From Nemertoderma westbladi (lineage: Eukaryota; Animalia; Xenacoelomorpha): a stretch of DNA of 49,028 nucleotides. The stretch covers positions 1-49,028 of the forward strand of contig JAUCBJ010006521.1 of the NCBI GenBank assembly GCA_032718475.1. Direction: 5' to 3'. Below the pieces are notes generated by a model. The model saw only the letters and a program-made list of their open reading frames with translations. It did no database searches and was not told where the DNA came from. The position numbers were made by a program, and so were the translations under genes. Shown here in pieces: positions 34,587-46,467 of the stretch; position 1 is the stretch's first letter; each line of letters opens with the position of its first letter.

Positions 34587-36804
34587 CAGTGCCGGATTAA
34601 CCTTAAGGCATACAAGGCACGTGCCTTAGGGCCAGCCGAAAATACAGGCCATTTTTTCTCAGCGAGTCATTCTTGTGAAAAAAATATTTTTATCTGAAAA
34701 GTCCGGAAACAGAGCAAGAAAGTGCATCTTTCGACTACTTTCTATCCCTAAATTTCTGATAGAAAGTGCAAAATTCTAGCTCAGTCGACCGACAGGTGCT
34801 GTGTTATTAGTTCGAGTCCTGATGGCAGGGAAATAATAAAACATGGGCAGTAAAACTTTAAAGTGCTAATTATGAACAATGGAGAATTTAATTTTATTTA
34901 TTTGTGGGGAATTTTTTGTAGTTATGCTCTTAAACTTTCGAGAACAACCCAATAATTACGTGGTGACATACTGGAAATACTGTACATAGTAAATGTATGG
35001 CGTGGAGATATGGTAGTGCGAAATTATTATTTTTTACCGGAAACGAGTTTTATAAATATAGGCCCTAATAGATAAAAAAAAGGATAAAATAGTTGTTGTA
35101 GTCAGGCCTTTATACCCTTTAACGCCGGCTTAATAAAAATTTTCTGCATTGAAAACCGGCTATAGAAAAAAAAGTTTTTTTTTTTTTAATTTGTCAAAAC
35201 CCTTGAAATTAAAAACTAAAAAAAAATTTCAAAAATTTTTTTCAAAATTTTACCTTTAGTAGTAACTTCACTTCATACTGTAGTACAAAAATTGTTTTCA
35301 ACATTTTTTTCAAAAATTTTTTTTAAAAATTTATTTTTTGAAGAAATTTTTGTACTAATGTAGGCAGGGTACTACTAAAGGTAAAATAAAAACAGATATT
35401 TAACTTCTATCACGATTTTGGCCTAGTTTTACCGTGTTACAGTATTATTATAGGAAATGGAAATGGAAATATTATAATATTATTATTATTATTATTACTA
35501 TTATAATATATTATAATAGAGTAAGGTTATGTTATGCATGTGACAAATATTCCAGCATGGTGAATTGATTTATTAATTTAAAGAACTTTACAAAAATTTG
35601 CAACATTACACATTCAACTGTGTTGAGGAAAGCAGTAAATGGGGAACAATATAACTAACTATTCTTTGTTATAACCCAATGTAAACCAATAGCTTCAACC
35701 AAAAGCGTCATAGGCTAATTTATTATACACTTAGATATTGACTGCATGTCTGCCGGCTATAAGGGAATGCACTGCATTGAAAACCGGCGCCATAACAAAT
35801 CACTATAGCAAAGAATAGAACAGTGACGGGCGGTGCCCGTCTGCCGCGCATGTCATCAACGGACACCACCCGCTTGCGGTGTCAAAGGGTTAAGGGGGCC
35901 AACTATACCCACCACAGAAATGAAATTTTCGAAAATTTGTACAATTTTTTGTAGTTTGATAGAAGGGCTTTCATAAGGTGATATCGGTTTTAAACATTGA
36001 ATTATTTTATGACGTCAAAACTGCTCTTTTCAACAACATAATATATTGCTGATATTTATGACTCTCTGTATAAAACAACCTTTTTATCAGTTTGTCGATT
36101 TTGACTTTTTCCTTCACTAAATTCCCTACTACTGTATTATTTTGTAGTCAATTGCCATCAAACATATAGGCCCTACCAAAATGTGCAGCAGCTTTTGGAC
36201 TACTGTACTATCGTTGGTTTTGTAAAACATGGCCATTTGGATCTTCTAGAGCCGATTTTGTAACATTTATTTTGCACCTAATTTTGAAAAAACCGACCTG
36301 CTCAAAAAGTGCCATATTTTTCGAACAAACGGTTTATGAAGCTATCTATACTCAGTTTTCATACTGTAGTATATAAAATATCACAGATCATTGTGTTAAA
36401 GTTTCAGAATAGTAGCTTTATAAATAAAACAAATAGATTTTGGGTAATGCAGTAATGGTCCCATTAATATATTAAAAAATTAAAGCTTGAGAAATTCTAC
36501 CAAAACCATTACACTTTTTATAGCAAAGGTTTTATAGGCATAATATGCCGTTTAGTAATGTTACAATTCTTGATGAAAACTATTTTTGCAAAGTACTTAT
36601 TATTAAAGTACTTAGTAGTTATTTGCACGCAGTCAGTCATCCAACGAAAATACTTTATATTTCCTTCGCAACATTTTCACAATTTCAGTTGTTTTTAGCA
36701 GCTGTTTCTTTTGAAAGGGTTTGCGGAAAAATATCAATTTTCGGGCCATTTTTGGAAATTACTAAAATGTGCCTTAGGGCCACCAGAGGCTTAATCCGGC
36801 ACTG
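34587..36804. mobile_element. Non-autonomous hAT element with 8-bp TSD
   Basis: TIR CAGTGCCGGATTAA / TTAATCCGGCACTG; exact TSD GTAGTAAT at 34579-34586 and 36805-36812; GTGCCTTAGGGCCA near both ends. Confidence 0.93.
35115..35889. mobile_element. piggyBac-like MITE nested in the hAT element
   Basis: CCCTTTAACGCC / GGTGTCAAAGGG termini; TTAA on the right but TATA on the left; CTGCATTGAAAACCGGC near both ends. Confidence 0.55.
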
Positions 36805-37673
36805 GTAGTAATTAATTTAAGTATTTGTAATTGTATCACTGAACTTATGCTGATCGTTGTCGTGTCACATATCTGCCTGTTTTTAATGCCCCAATTGTGT
36901 AACGTTATCAAATTTTGCCGGTTTTATTTTAATGCTCTAAATATTTTACATATTTTTTATGATATATATTTATCATATATTTTACATATCGCTTACTTGT
37001 CCGTTTTAATATCCAAAATATTTTACTTTATCACTAATTTGTCTGTATTTGGTGCATTAATTGAGTTTCTTATATTCGTTTATCGTACTTTATCGCTATG
37101 TACCAATATTTCTAGATAGTGACTTAAGCGCCTTAGCGTACTGTTTAATTATTGTAAATTTGGCGCTATACAAATTTATTTTATTATTATTATTATTATA
37201 ATAAACTGATTTGGTCGTTTGTGAACTAATTACGGCGGAAAATAAAAATATCAATGTCACACATCCCTGATCCAATATATAGATTTCATTCTTTATGATC
37301 AATCAGCGCAATATTATTGGAAATAGTAAAGCCTATATAGGCATTCCTAAAATAAAAGCATGTTTCATTGGAAGGCACTAACAGTCTAATACAAATAATA
37401 CATACAGTACAACTGTAGAAAGTCTAGGCTTTGTGTGGATTCTATTGAATGCCTTATTGCCTAGGCTCAGTGGTGGATTTAGGGGGGATTCACATCAGGG
37501 ATCAGGATAGGATTCACATTGTCCCTGCCCAGGCATATATGGGTAGCCAAAGAAAGGTTAAACTATTTCTTATTGAAGGGAACTGGGAGGCCGCAGGCCA
37601 AGGCCATTATGTGGTCTGATTGGACGGAGCTTGTATAAGTCGCTGGTTATGTAATAACGGTTAATAATCTTGT

Positions 37674-39232
37674 GGGGCGAGCCACGAAGTTGGCGGAGCC
37701 TTAGCGAATTGACACTGTTAGGGGGTGGGTCAATTTATGCAAATAGTTGTCGTCGTCGTCGTCGTCGTCGTTGTCGTCGTCGTCGTTGTCGTCGTCGTCG
37801 TTGTCGTCGTCGTTACGATTTTGACATGCTAATAACTTTGTCGGATTTAAAGCTGCCAAGTTGAAAATTTGTAGGTATCAATATGAGCAAAAGTTGAGAT
37901 TTTTGAGAGACTTTCAGACACCATCAGTGCAATGGTCTCCCGCTAGAGGGCCACATGTCTAAACATTAAATGGCCACCCATTTCTTTGCTTTTAATCCGT
38001 TTAAGCTGAAACTTGGGAAGTATGTACTAGACCATTAGCTGTAAATTTCAAAGGAGGCTAATCTGTCTGCAGTTCTCCAGTCTGCCGCTAGAGGGCGAAA
38101 TGTCCCGAATGTGAAATTATTCTTCCATTTAGTTGTTTATGATCTGATTACGCTGAAACTTGTCATATATGTACTAGATGACATCCTGAGTCTTTGTGTG
38201 GATTGTAATCGGTCCGAAGTTTTCCAGTCTCCCGCTAGAGGGCCACATGTCTAAACATTAAATGGCCACCCATTTCTTTGCTTTTAATCCGTTTAAGCTG
38301 AAACTTGGGAAGTATGTACTAGACCATTAGCTGTAAATTTCAAAGGAGGCTAATCTGTCTGCAGTTCTCCAGTCTGCCGCTAGAGGGCGAAATGTCCCGA
38401 ATGTGAAATTATTCTTCCATTTAGTTGTTTATGATCTGATTACGCTGAAACTTGTCATATATGTACTAGAAGACATCCTGAGTCTTTGTGTGGATTGTAA
38501 TCGGTCCGAAGTTTTCCAGTCTCCCGCTAGAGGGCCACATGTCTAAACATTAAATGGCCACCCATTTCTTTGCTTTTAATCCGTTTAAGCTGAAACTTGG
38601 GAAGTATGTACTAGACCATTAGCTGTAAATTTCAAAGGAGGCTAATCTGTCTGCAGTTCTCCAGTCTGCCGCTAGAGGGCGAAATGTCCCGAATGTGAAA
38701 TTATTCTTCCATTTAGTTGTTTATGATCTGATTACGCTGAAACTTGTCATATATGTACTAGAAGACATCCTAAGTCTTTGTGTGGACAGTAATCGGTCCG
38801 GAGTTTTCGAGTCTGCCGCTAGAGGGCGAAATGTAGGAAAGTGATAACCTTTGCGAATTCCTTGATCTTAATCTATTTAAGCTGAATTTTGGAATATACA
38901 GTACCGGTATGTACTAGACCACATGCCTCGTCTTTGTGAGGAAGGTGATCGATCCGTAGTTCTTTAATATGCCGCTAGAGGGCTAAATGTATGAAAGTGA
39001 AAACCTTCCAACATTTCGTTATTTATGATCCGTCAATCGGAAACTTGGTAGATATGTAATAGACCATAGGATGTGGCTTTGTAGGGAAACTAATCCTTCC
39101 TTCTTCAGTTACCCAGTCTCCCGCTAGAGGGTTAACGTTTTCCGGGAAAATCTTCTCCTATGTTTTTATAATCCTTTCGAGTTGATACTTAGCATTAACT
39201 CATTTCACGTGCTGCGCGAAGGCCCCACTTCG
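37674..39232 (+). mobile_element. Non-autonomous element with (GTC)n microsatellite and internal 292-bp tandem array (DINE-1/HINE-like architecture)
   Basis: Starts TGT|GGGGCGAGCCACG and ends CACGTGCTGCGCGAAGGCCCCACTTCG|TGT; (GTC)n at ~37749-37812; 292-bp dimer of 145/147-bp subunits. Termini are shared with 42756-43984. Confidence 0.8.
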
Positions 39233-39594
39233 TGTCAGATATACTGTCAATTGGTTTACTATTATTTTAATACAGTACTATAATACTTTATTAGTATATT
39301 ACAATTTATCTAATATTTTATTAATTATTTACTTAATTATTAATTATTTAAAGTAGGTTTAATTATTAATGATTTATTTAATTAATTAATTATAATAATT
39401 ATTTTAATATTATAATTACTTGGTAATAATAACTGTTTATGTATTTAATGTATCTATTTAACTGTTTAAATCTATTTTTTTAATAATCAGGGCCGGATTT
39501 AGGCATATACTGTAGGCCGAGAAGGGCTCGGCCTAGAGCCTCCCACAACTAGGGGGCATTGTTGATGCCATCAATGACAGAATAATGCCGACTA

Positions 39595-40462
39595 CAGCAG
39601 GCAATCATCCCAGGCATGGAAATCCATCAACTTGCTTACTGGGCGGAAAAGCCAACCAACCACCACGGTTAAGGCAGAATCACCAGCCGATCGCCTCCAT
39701 CTGGTTGGAAGGCCCACTTTGAAAAGCTCATCAATAATATGACAGGGTATTGCCTGATAACTATATATAAATAAAAGTGTGAGTCTGTACTCCCAGATAT
39801 TCCCATTGGCGATAGTCCGACTGGCTCCAGAAGTCAATGAAATCCTGCAAAGTGCTGTACCAAACTGATAACTTTGCGATAACTTAGGAGTACTCTGAGA
39901 ATCACTAGAGGGAGCCCAACGGCTCCTCAGCTCATTAGAACGGGCTGCTTCTAGTGTTGGTCTTTTTATTAACTCCAAAAAGATCACAATTTTGGCAGTT
40001 AACTTTGAAAGTCCTAAGCAAGTCTCTGACCGGATGAGCATAAGCTCCCAAAGGATGGTATGATTGAGCATGTGGACTTCTGTTACCTGGGATAATGGAT
40101 CCGGAAGTCAGGTGAGTACCTTTTAATACGTATTGGAAAACGCATGGGCAGCCTTGAATAGGCTTTCCAGGATTTGGAAGTCACATAGAATTAATCGGGA
40201 ACTTAAGGTGCGATTATTTAGAGCAGCAGTAGTTCCCAGTACGGCAGTCCATACTGGGCTCTAACTGCTGAGGACACAAAATCTCTGGATGGTACATTCA
40301 CAAGAATGCTACGCCGGGTTCACTGTGTCAAGTATAAATATACAGTAGTAGTGTTGGTCTTTTTGTTAACACCAAAAAGACCAAAATTGTTACAGTTGAC
40401 TTAGAAAGTCCTCAGCAAATCTCTGATCGGATGAGCATAAAAGCTCAAAGGATGGTATGCTT
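39595..40462 (+). mobile_element. Degenerate RTE-like LINE fragments, including a short internal duplication
   Basis: ~39995-40335 closely matches ~26085-26430; ~40352-40462 repeats part of the same segment. Confidence 0.88.
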
Positions 40463-42755
40463 CCCTAGTAGCACATAACGTTCACACACAGCTTTTGGAC
40501 GTTGAGAACAACCATTCCACTCCATAAACGTCGCACATACTGTACGACATTTAAACGTTCTAAATTAGTCTCCATATAATAACGCCTAAATGGTGTTGGT
40601 GTTTCAACTGAAAAGTAACGTTCATTAATGGTATCAGTTAATTTCCCGTTAATGTTCTTGGACGTTTGAATGGCATCCAAAGCAATAACCAGTTCAATTT
40701 GAGTTCAGAAACTGAAAAGTAACGATTTGTAAATGGCAAGTTATATTTCCGTTAGCTATTGTGAACGTTTGAATAATGTTTATAATCCAATAAAAATTAA
40801 CCAGTTCAATTTCAGTTCAGATATTTTTAAAATTGTCGTTCAAAAAATGTCCAAACTATGTTTTTCATAACCGTAGTTCAATAGCGGTTCAATACTAAAC
40901 ATTTTCCGTACAAAGTAATAATTATCTGAACGACAAACTTTCCCACGCTATGGGAACCAGTGTCTGTGATGAGTCAGCCAATTACAGGCAATACTGGAAC
41001 TGCCCAAGTACTGAATGATGTAAAATAGTGGTATATTGGTTCATACAGAACTCAGGAGCAAAAGTATACAGTAGTAGGTACTGTATAACGGTGTGTAATA
41101 CAACATTAATTTTTGTTGCGTCTCAATTATTTTCTGTATATTTTTATAACGGCATGGGGCACATACGTCATGGGGTACATACATTCAATACGTGAACAGT
41201 GCGAAGATCGAGGTCAATCTTGTGATGCCTTTCAACCGTATCGGGACCAATAATAAAGGGCCGCCATCCATCAAAGACACTAAAGGTAATTATTTAAAAT
41301 TTAATTATTAGTTAATAATTTTATTTCTAGTCGAATATATGACAGAACTTTAGACAGTTAGAGTTATTAGCTTTAAAATATGGAATTTAATATATCACAT
41401 GAGCGGTACCGGTACTGCATGTAATTGAATTCGAAGATTGTTGTAATAAACATATACGGTTAATGCAAAAAAATATGATTGAATAAATATAAATTTTTTA
41501 AATTGATCCAATTTACCGATCAGCCTGCTTATGGCACAGCGGTAAATTAAATACTTAAAATCTTTGGTTGAATCTCTCAAGTTTATAATGCGGTATGTAA
41601 GTATCTATCTCTTTATAACAAAAATTCGTTCCACCGCCATGCAACCTACAATTGGCTTACTGTGAAGCAGCATGCAATGAATGATATGCCAGGTTATATA
41701 CAAAATTCCACCGCCGCTATTCCCTATCCCCATAATTATCAGCATCTCCAAGGCCAATATCCTTTAAGAGGCGTCTTAAGAAAGTCAGAAAGCGCAAGAT
41801 TGCGCACAGACTCACTGGTACTCACGGCGAAAGCAATGTCCTGCAAAGCGGAGGCGGCATATATATTATATGTATATTTATAGTATAGGCCCTACATGTC
41901 TGTATAAATGAGCATCTCATTAGAAAGATTCAGTTTCATATTTGTGCAAGTCTATACAGTTTATAAAAGTATAGGCATACTAACAGTATATCACTTGAAG
42001 TAAAAGTGACTTATACAACATGCTATTCATTAGGTTTAATCATATAATTGGCTCCTTCCTTTTTTTGAAGTAAAGTAGTGCATAAAATGTTTCTTTTAAA
42101 TTTTTTATTTTTAAATAAGGTTTATTTTTGTTACAGCTGGGAAAGGCTATTTATTATGGACGGAGTGAGTGTGGGGATTCGACTAGCTACAAAATTCAAG
42201 AGAAAAGAAGGAATGCTACCCAGAGAAAGATATCATTACACAGTACTCCAACTCTGTATAATTAACTCTAGACTTATCTATTTTACTTTTACCTTAATGA
42301 TATATTATGTATTTCCTATTTGATTTATCTCTTTGTTATATTTATTTCCATGTTTCTCATGTTCGGTAAATTCGGTATATTTGTGATAAAAGTAAGTAGG
42401 GGTAATATTCAATATAAACTTGTGGTCTTATTTCAACAAGCAAATGTTTGTTTTCATGTTCAGTTGATTTACTTTTGCTGCAGTCCTGCAGTACACAAAT
42501 CGTTAGGAAGGAAGCATTATTGAACCTTTTCAAAACAATATTAAGCCGTTCAAAATGAGTTCGGTAAATAATTAGTTGAACGGACCATTTTAGAACGAAT
42601 ATCTAACGTTTATAAGATGACGTCGAATCAACGTTTTTTGAGCGGGACAAATCCCTTCCTAGATGAACGTGTACAGTGAACGCACCTGGAACGTTATCAG
42701 AACAACGTTATCCACATTATTAGAACTATTCTAAACGTGAGGTGAACGTTGGTGT

Positions 42756-43984
42756 GGGGCGAGACACGTAGTCGGCGAGCCTTGGCATACGGTTCATATA
42801 GGGTAAATGGGGCATGTCCGTCTGTCTGTCCGTCCGTCTGTCTGGTAAATGTTTGAACGCGAATTTCTCGGCATCGCTGGTTCGGAATTGAACCAAACTT
42901 AGTAGGCAAGTAGTAGAGAGAAAGTTTAGAAAGTTTGTAAAGTTTGGTGAAAAATCATGCAGTCTGACGTCAGCTACGACAGATTATGTGGTTTTTAGAA
43001 AATGTTAAATTTCTCGGGAAGGCCTCATTTTCCTGAGCTGAAATTTTGGTGGCCTGTAGAGAATCATGAAGTCTATCTTTTACGAAATTGAAAAGTTAAG
43101 ACATTTAATTGGGGATCCGCTAGAGACTCAGAAGTAATGACATAGGCCTACCGGTACGGTACTGCTGTACAGTGCTGCACTGGTAAGTACAAAATTGCAG
43201 AATAACACGTTCGTGGGGACTTCGCGCAGCACGTAGTCGGCAAGCCTTGGCATACGGTTCATATAGAGCAAATGGGGCATGTCTAGTTTGGACCCCATAT
43301 CCCATGCTATAAATGTATTCATTCGATATACAATCATATGTTAATCCGCTAGGTGGTGTCAAATTGTTATTCTGCAATTTCGTACTTACCAGTGCAGCAC
43401 TGTACAGCAGTACCGTACCGGTAGGCCTATGTCATTACTTCTGAGTCTCTAGCGGATCCCCAATTAAATGTCTTAACTTTTCAATTTCGTAAAAGATAGA
43501 CTTCATGATTCTCTACAGGCCACCAAAATTTCAGCTCAGGAAAATGAGGCCTTCCCGAGAAATTTAACATTTTCTAAAAACCACATAATCTGTCGTAGCT
43601 GACGTCAGACTGCATGATTTTTCACCAAACTTTACAAACTTTCTAAACTTTCTCTCTACTACTTACCTACTAAGTTTGGTTCAATTCCGAACCAGCGATG
43701 CCGAGAAATTCGCGTTCAAACATTTACCAGACAGACGGACAGACAGACAGACGGACAGACGGACATGCCCCATTTGCCCTATATGAACCGTATGCCAAGG
43801 CTCGCCGACTACGTGTCTCGCCCCACAATTTGACACCACCTAGCGGATTAACATATGATTGTATATCGAATGAATACATTTATAGCATGGGATATGGGGT
43901 CCAAACTAGACATGCCCCATTTGCTCTATATGAACCGTATGCCAAGGCTTGCCGACTACGTGCTGCGCGAAGTCCCCACGAACG
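42756..43984 (+). mobile_element. ~0.6-kb element (outer copy) interrupted by an inverted copy of itself
   Basis: 42756-43204 plus 43828-43984 reconstitute one element with ~55-bp subterminal inverted repeats and a (GTCY)n microsatellite; TGT on both flanks. Confidence 0.9.
43208..43824 (-). mobile_element. Inner full-length copy (617 bp) in opposite orientation
   Basis: Near-identical reverse complement of the outer copy; flanked by ACA at 43205-43207 and 43825-43827. Confidence 0.92.
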
Positions 43985-44285
43985 TGTTGGCCTACTAGGG
44001 TTATGCGAAAGGGAGCTGTGGTTCTGAATTCCTTTTAGTTCGTTTCAGTTAGTCTTTTAGTTAGTATCGTTGTTTTTGTTTCAGAGGGGGAGGTGTTATA
44101 TTGACCCCCCCCCCGGGTTTAAGGGAATACTGGAAACTTCACATGCTGACATAGGCAGAAACTTCAGTACGCAGAAGTTACGTTACGTAACTTACGTTGT
44201 ACTTACGTTGTACGTTGTACTTTCCTATGAGTGACTGTAAAAGCCTATATATGATAGCCCACTCCAAAGTGAATAAATCTTCTAC

Positions 44286-44377
44286 GCCCTGGTAGCTCAG
44301 TGGTATTAGGACACACACTCGGCTGATGATAACCGGAAGTTTGAAACCTAGGTACCGTGTTCGAGCCCCAATAGGGC
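44286..44377 (+). pseudogene. Degenerate tRNA-derived sequence (tRNA pseudogene or SINE head, Asn-like)
   Basis: GCCCT...AGGGC acceptor-like stem, A-box TAGCTCAGTGG, B-box GTTCGAGCC and CGGCTG..TAACCG anticodon-arm remnant; insertions break the cloverleaf. Confidence 0.55.
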
Positions 44378-45374
44378 GGTTGATATTTTTCACTATGGAG
44401 ATCATTATCATAATGTACTATAACATTTAGCTATCATTTAAGGATGCAAGCAGAGATGCCTCCTGACCGGTGCTGATATCGCCGCGTGACACTTTTTTCA
44501 AACGCTTGTAGCTAAAGAATAAAAACCAAAAATACAAATTCTGGCTCAGGCACTAAGGATGAGGGAGGTGAAACTACTGTAACTCTGTTTCACATCATGC
44601 TATTCATTAAAATTTGTATAAAAGTTTAGGAAGGGGAGGGGGTGTCATGTTTTTGAATTACGACACTAAATTACAACATTAAATAATTAGGCATATTCAA
44701 TTAATTTTCTTAATCAAAGAGACCTTGGTGTAGAGGTTGCATTGAATTCACATCTTTCGGAGGTCGTGGGTTCAGTGTTCAGTCTAAGATCTGACAGCGC
44801 TGCAGTATTTATTCCAGCGAAAAAATCGGCACTGGTCCAGCTGGTCAGCAGGTACGGAACTGCAAACTGCGCTGCGATATGTTGTACCGTTAGGTACATG
44901 TGCGACGTGCTGATTGATTGTACGTACAGGCTGACGGGGTGCATGATAGCAAGAAAATATCTGAATATTAAAATGTTAAATATTACAATTTGAATATTAA
45001 ATAAAAGAATTTAAAAATAATTATTAATTAAGTTAAGAATATATTTTATACAGTATAGAGCAGTAGAGTAAATAGCTTCTGTATCGTTATAGTAGAAAAT
45101 AATATATATCTTTAAATATATATGAATGCCACTGGACATAATATACTGTAGATCAATTTTCTTTGTATCTGATGATATTATTATATAATCGACAGAACTG
45201 ATAACATTGTACATTGTACTAATTTACTGCTAAATATGGCTCCCAGATAAAAAATATACGGATTATTAGTATGCATAACTATATAATTATCATTTTACTC
45301 TACAGCATTTGCCGGATAAAACATAACATACAGTAACTAGGCATAACTAAACAAAACTAAGCTAAATGATCCAA

Positions 45375-45670
45375 CCTTTGAAAAGTCTACAAATTTAGCC
45401 TTCTTTTAGAAGGATAATTTATCCTTCGAATAGCAGCATAAATGATCATTCTAAACGAAGGATAAAAATTATCAATCCATCCACCCTTCGAAAAGTCTAC
45501 AAATTTATCCTTCGTTTAGAAGGATGATTTATCCGGCTCATACTGTAATATATAGTAGGCATATTTATCCTTCTACAGTATTTGCAGGCTAAAAACTAGC
45601 TCAATCTTCAGAATCTTCGAATAGTCTTCAAATGTATCCTTCGTTTAGAAAGGATAATTTATCCTACGAA
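45375..45670. repeat. Cluster of direct and inverted sub-repeats (AAGGATAATTTATCCTT)
   Basis: GAAAAGTCTACAAATTTA.CCTTC.TTTAGAAGGAT.ATTTATCC occurs at ~45380 and ~45490, with a partial copy at ~45635 and an inverted copy at ~45450. Confidence 0.7.
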
Positions 45671-46234
45671 TTATAGACTATTATTTGAATTGTCAGACAA
45701 TTTAGACGGCTAAAATGCTGATAATTTTGAAGAAAATTTATTTCGATCAAATTAGCAGCATATTACTGTCAGACTGTAGTAGCAATTTCGAAGGATGTGA
45801 GATGTGACTTTGCTGGGTACAATGCCATAACCAGGCTTAGTACAGTAGTAGTAGGTTTCCCTGTAATTAGAGAAATAAATGATCAATATTGACTTGCGGC
45901 GAAATGGCATTTGCAGTGAGACACCTAGCCGCACATTATCTGCGGCGAGGTGACCTGCGGCGAAGTGGCAGTGCGGCGAGGTGACCTTTCCCTCAATTGG
46001 TACTGTGGTAACAACATTGTTTATTGTTTTGGTTAGAAAAACCCACCCTGTAACCTACTCTTCTCTTTGGGGCGTATTGGTAACTTCTCAGCTTGTATAT
46101 AAGTGGCTATTTTACTATTAGGCCTACTAAATGACTACCGGCAGACAGGTACTGTAATATTGGCGAGTATCACAGGCGGCGGCGGGTACCAAACCTACAG
46201 ACCGATGATTCCCTTAAAAGTTAATGTAACGTAG

Positions 46235-46284
46235 GTAAGTAATTTAACATTGTCAGATTGATCGATTGATAATTTAATTAACAG
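46235..46284 (+). other. Candidate 50-nt 5'-UTR intron of TTLL7
   Basis: AG|GTAAGT consensus donor and TTTAATTAACAG acceptor, 184 nt upstream of the ATG; no transcript evidence. Confidence 0.4.
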
Positions 46285-46467
46285 AGGATACTACTGTAGG
46301 TACTAATAATAAATACAAATATCAGAATATAGTCATTTCCTGAGATATACCAGTATACTGAGCAGCTGACTGGCTGAGTGGACATCTGATATCAGGATAA
46401 CGTATTTAATAATCAATCTAACTAACTATATTCTGATATTACTAGCCCCACATGATCTGATGATACG

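Larger units (their letters stand above)
34312..36955. repeat. Direct-repeat pair (34312-34400 and 36862-36955) separated by the hAT insertion, plus a 52-bp tandem duplication at ~34460-34560
   Basis: GTGTCACATATCTGCCTGTTTTTAATGCCCCAATT...TTGCCGGTTTTATTTTAATGCTCTAAATATTTTACATATT occurs at both sites. Confidence 0.8.
40463..44000. mobile_element. CACTA/EnSpm-like non-autonomous element with 2-bp TSD (TT)
   Basis: TT|CCCTAGTAG..AACGTTCAC at left and GTGAACGTT..CTACTAGGG|TT at right (right TIR interrupted by the 42756-43984 insertion); AACGTT-type subterminal repeats at both ends. Superfamily call is by resemblance only. Confidence 0.6.

Noticed and set aside
37670-37864. Arg/Cys-rich protamine-like ORF
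   Set aside because: Translation of a (GTC)n microsatellite within a mobile element.
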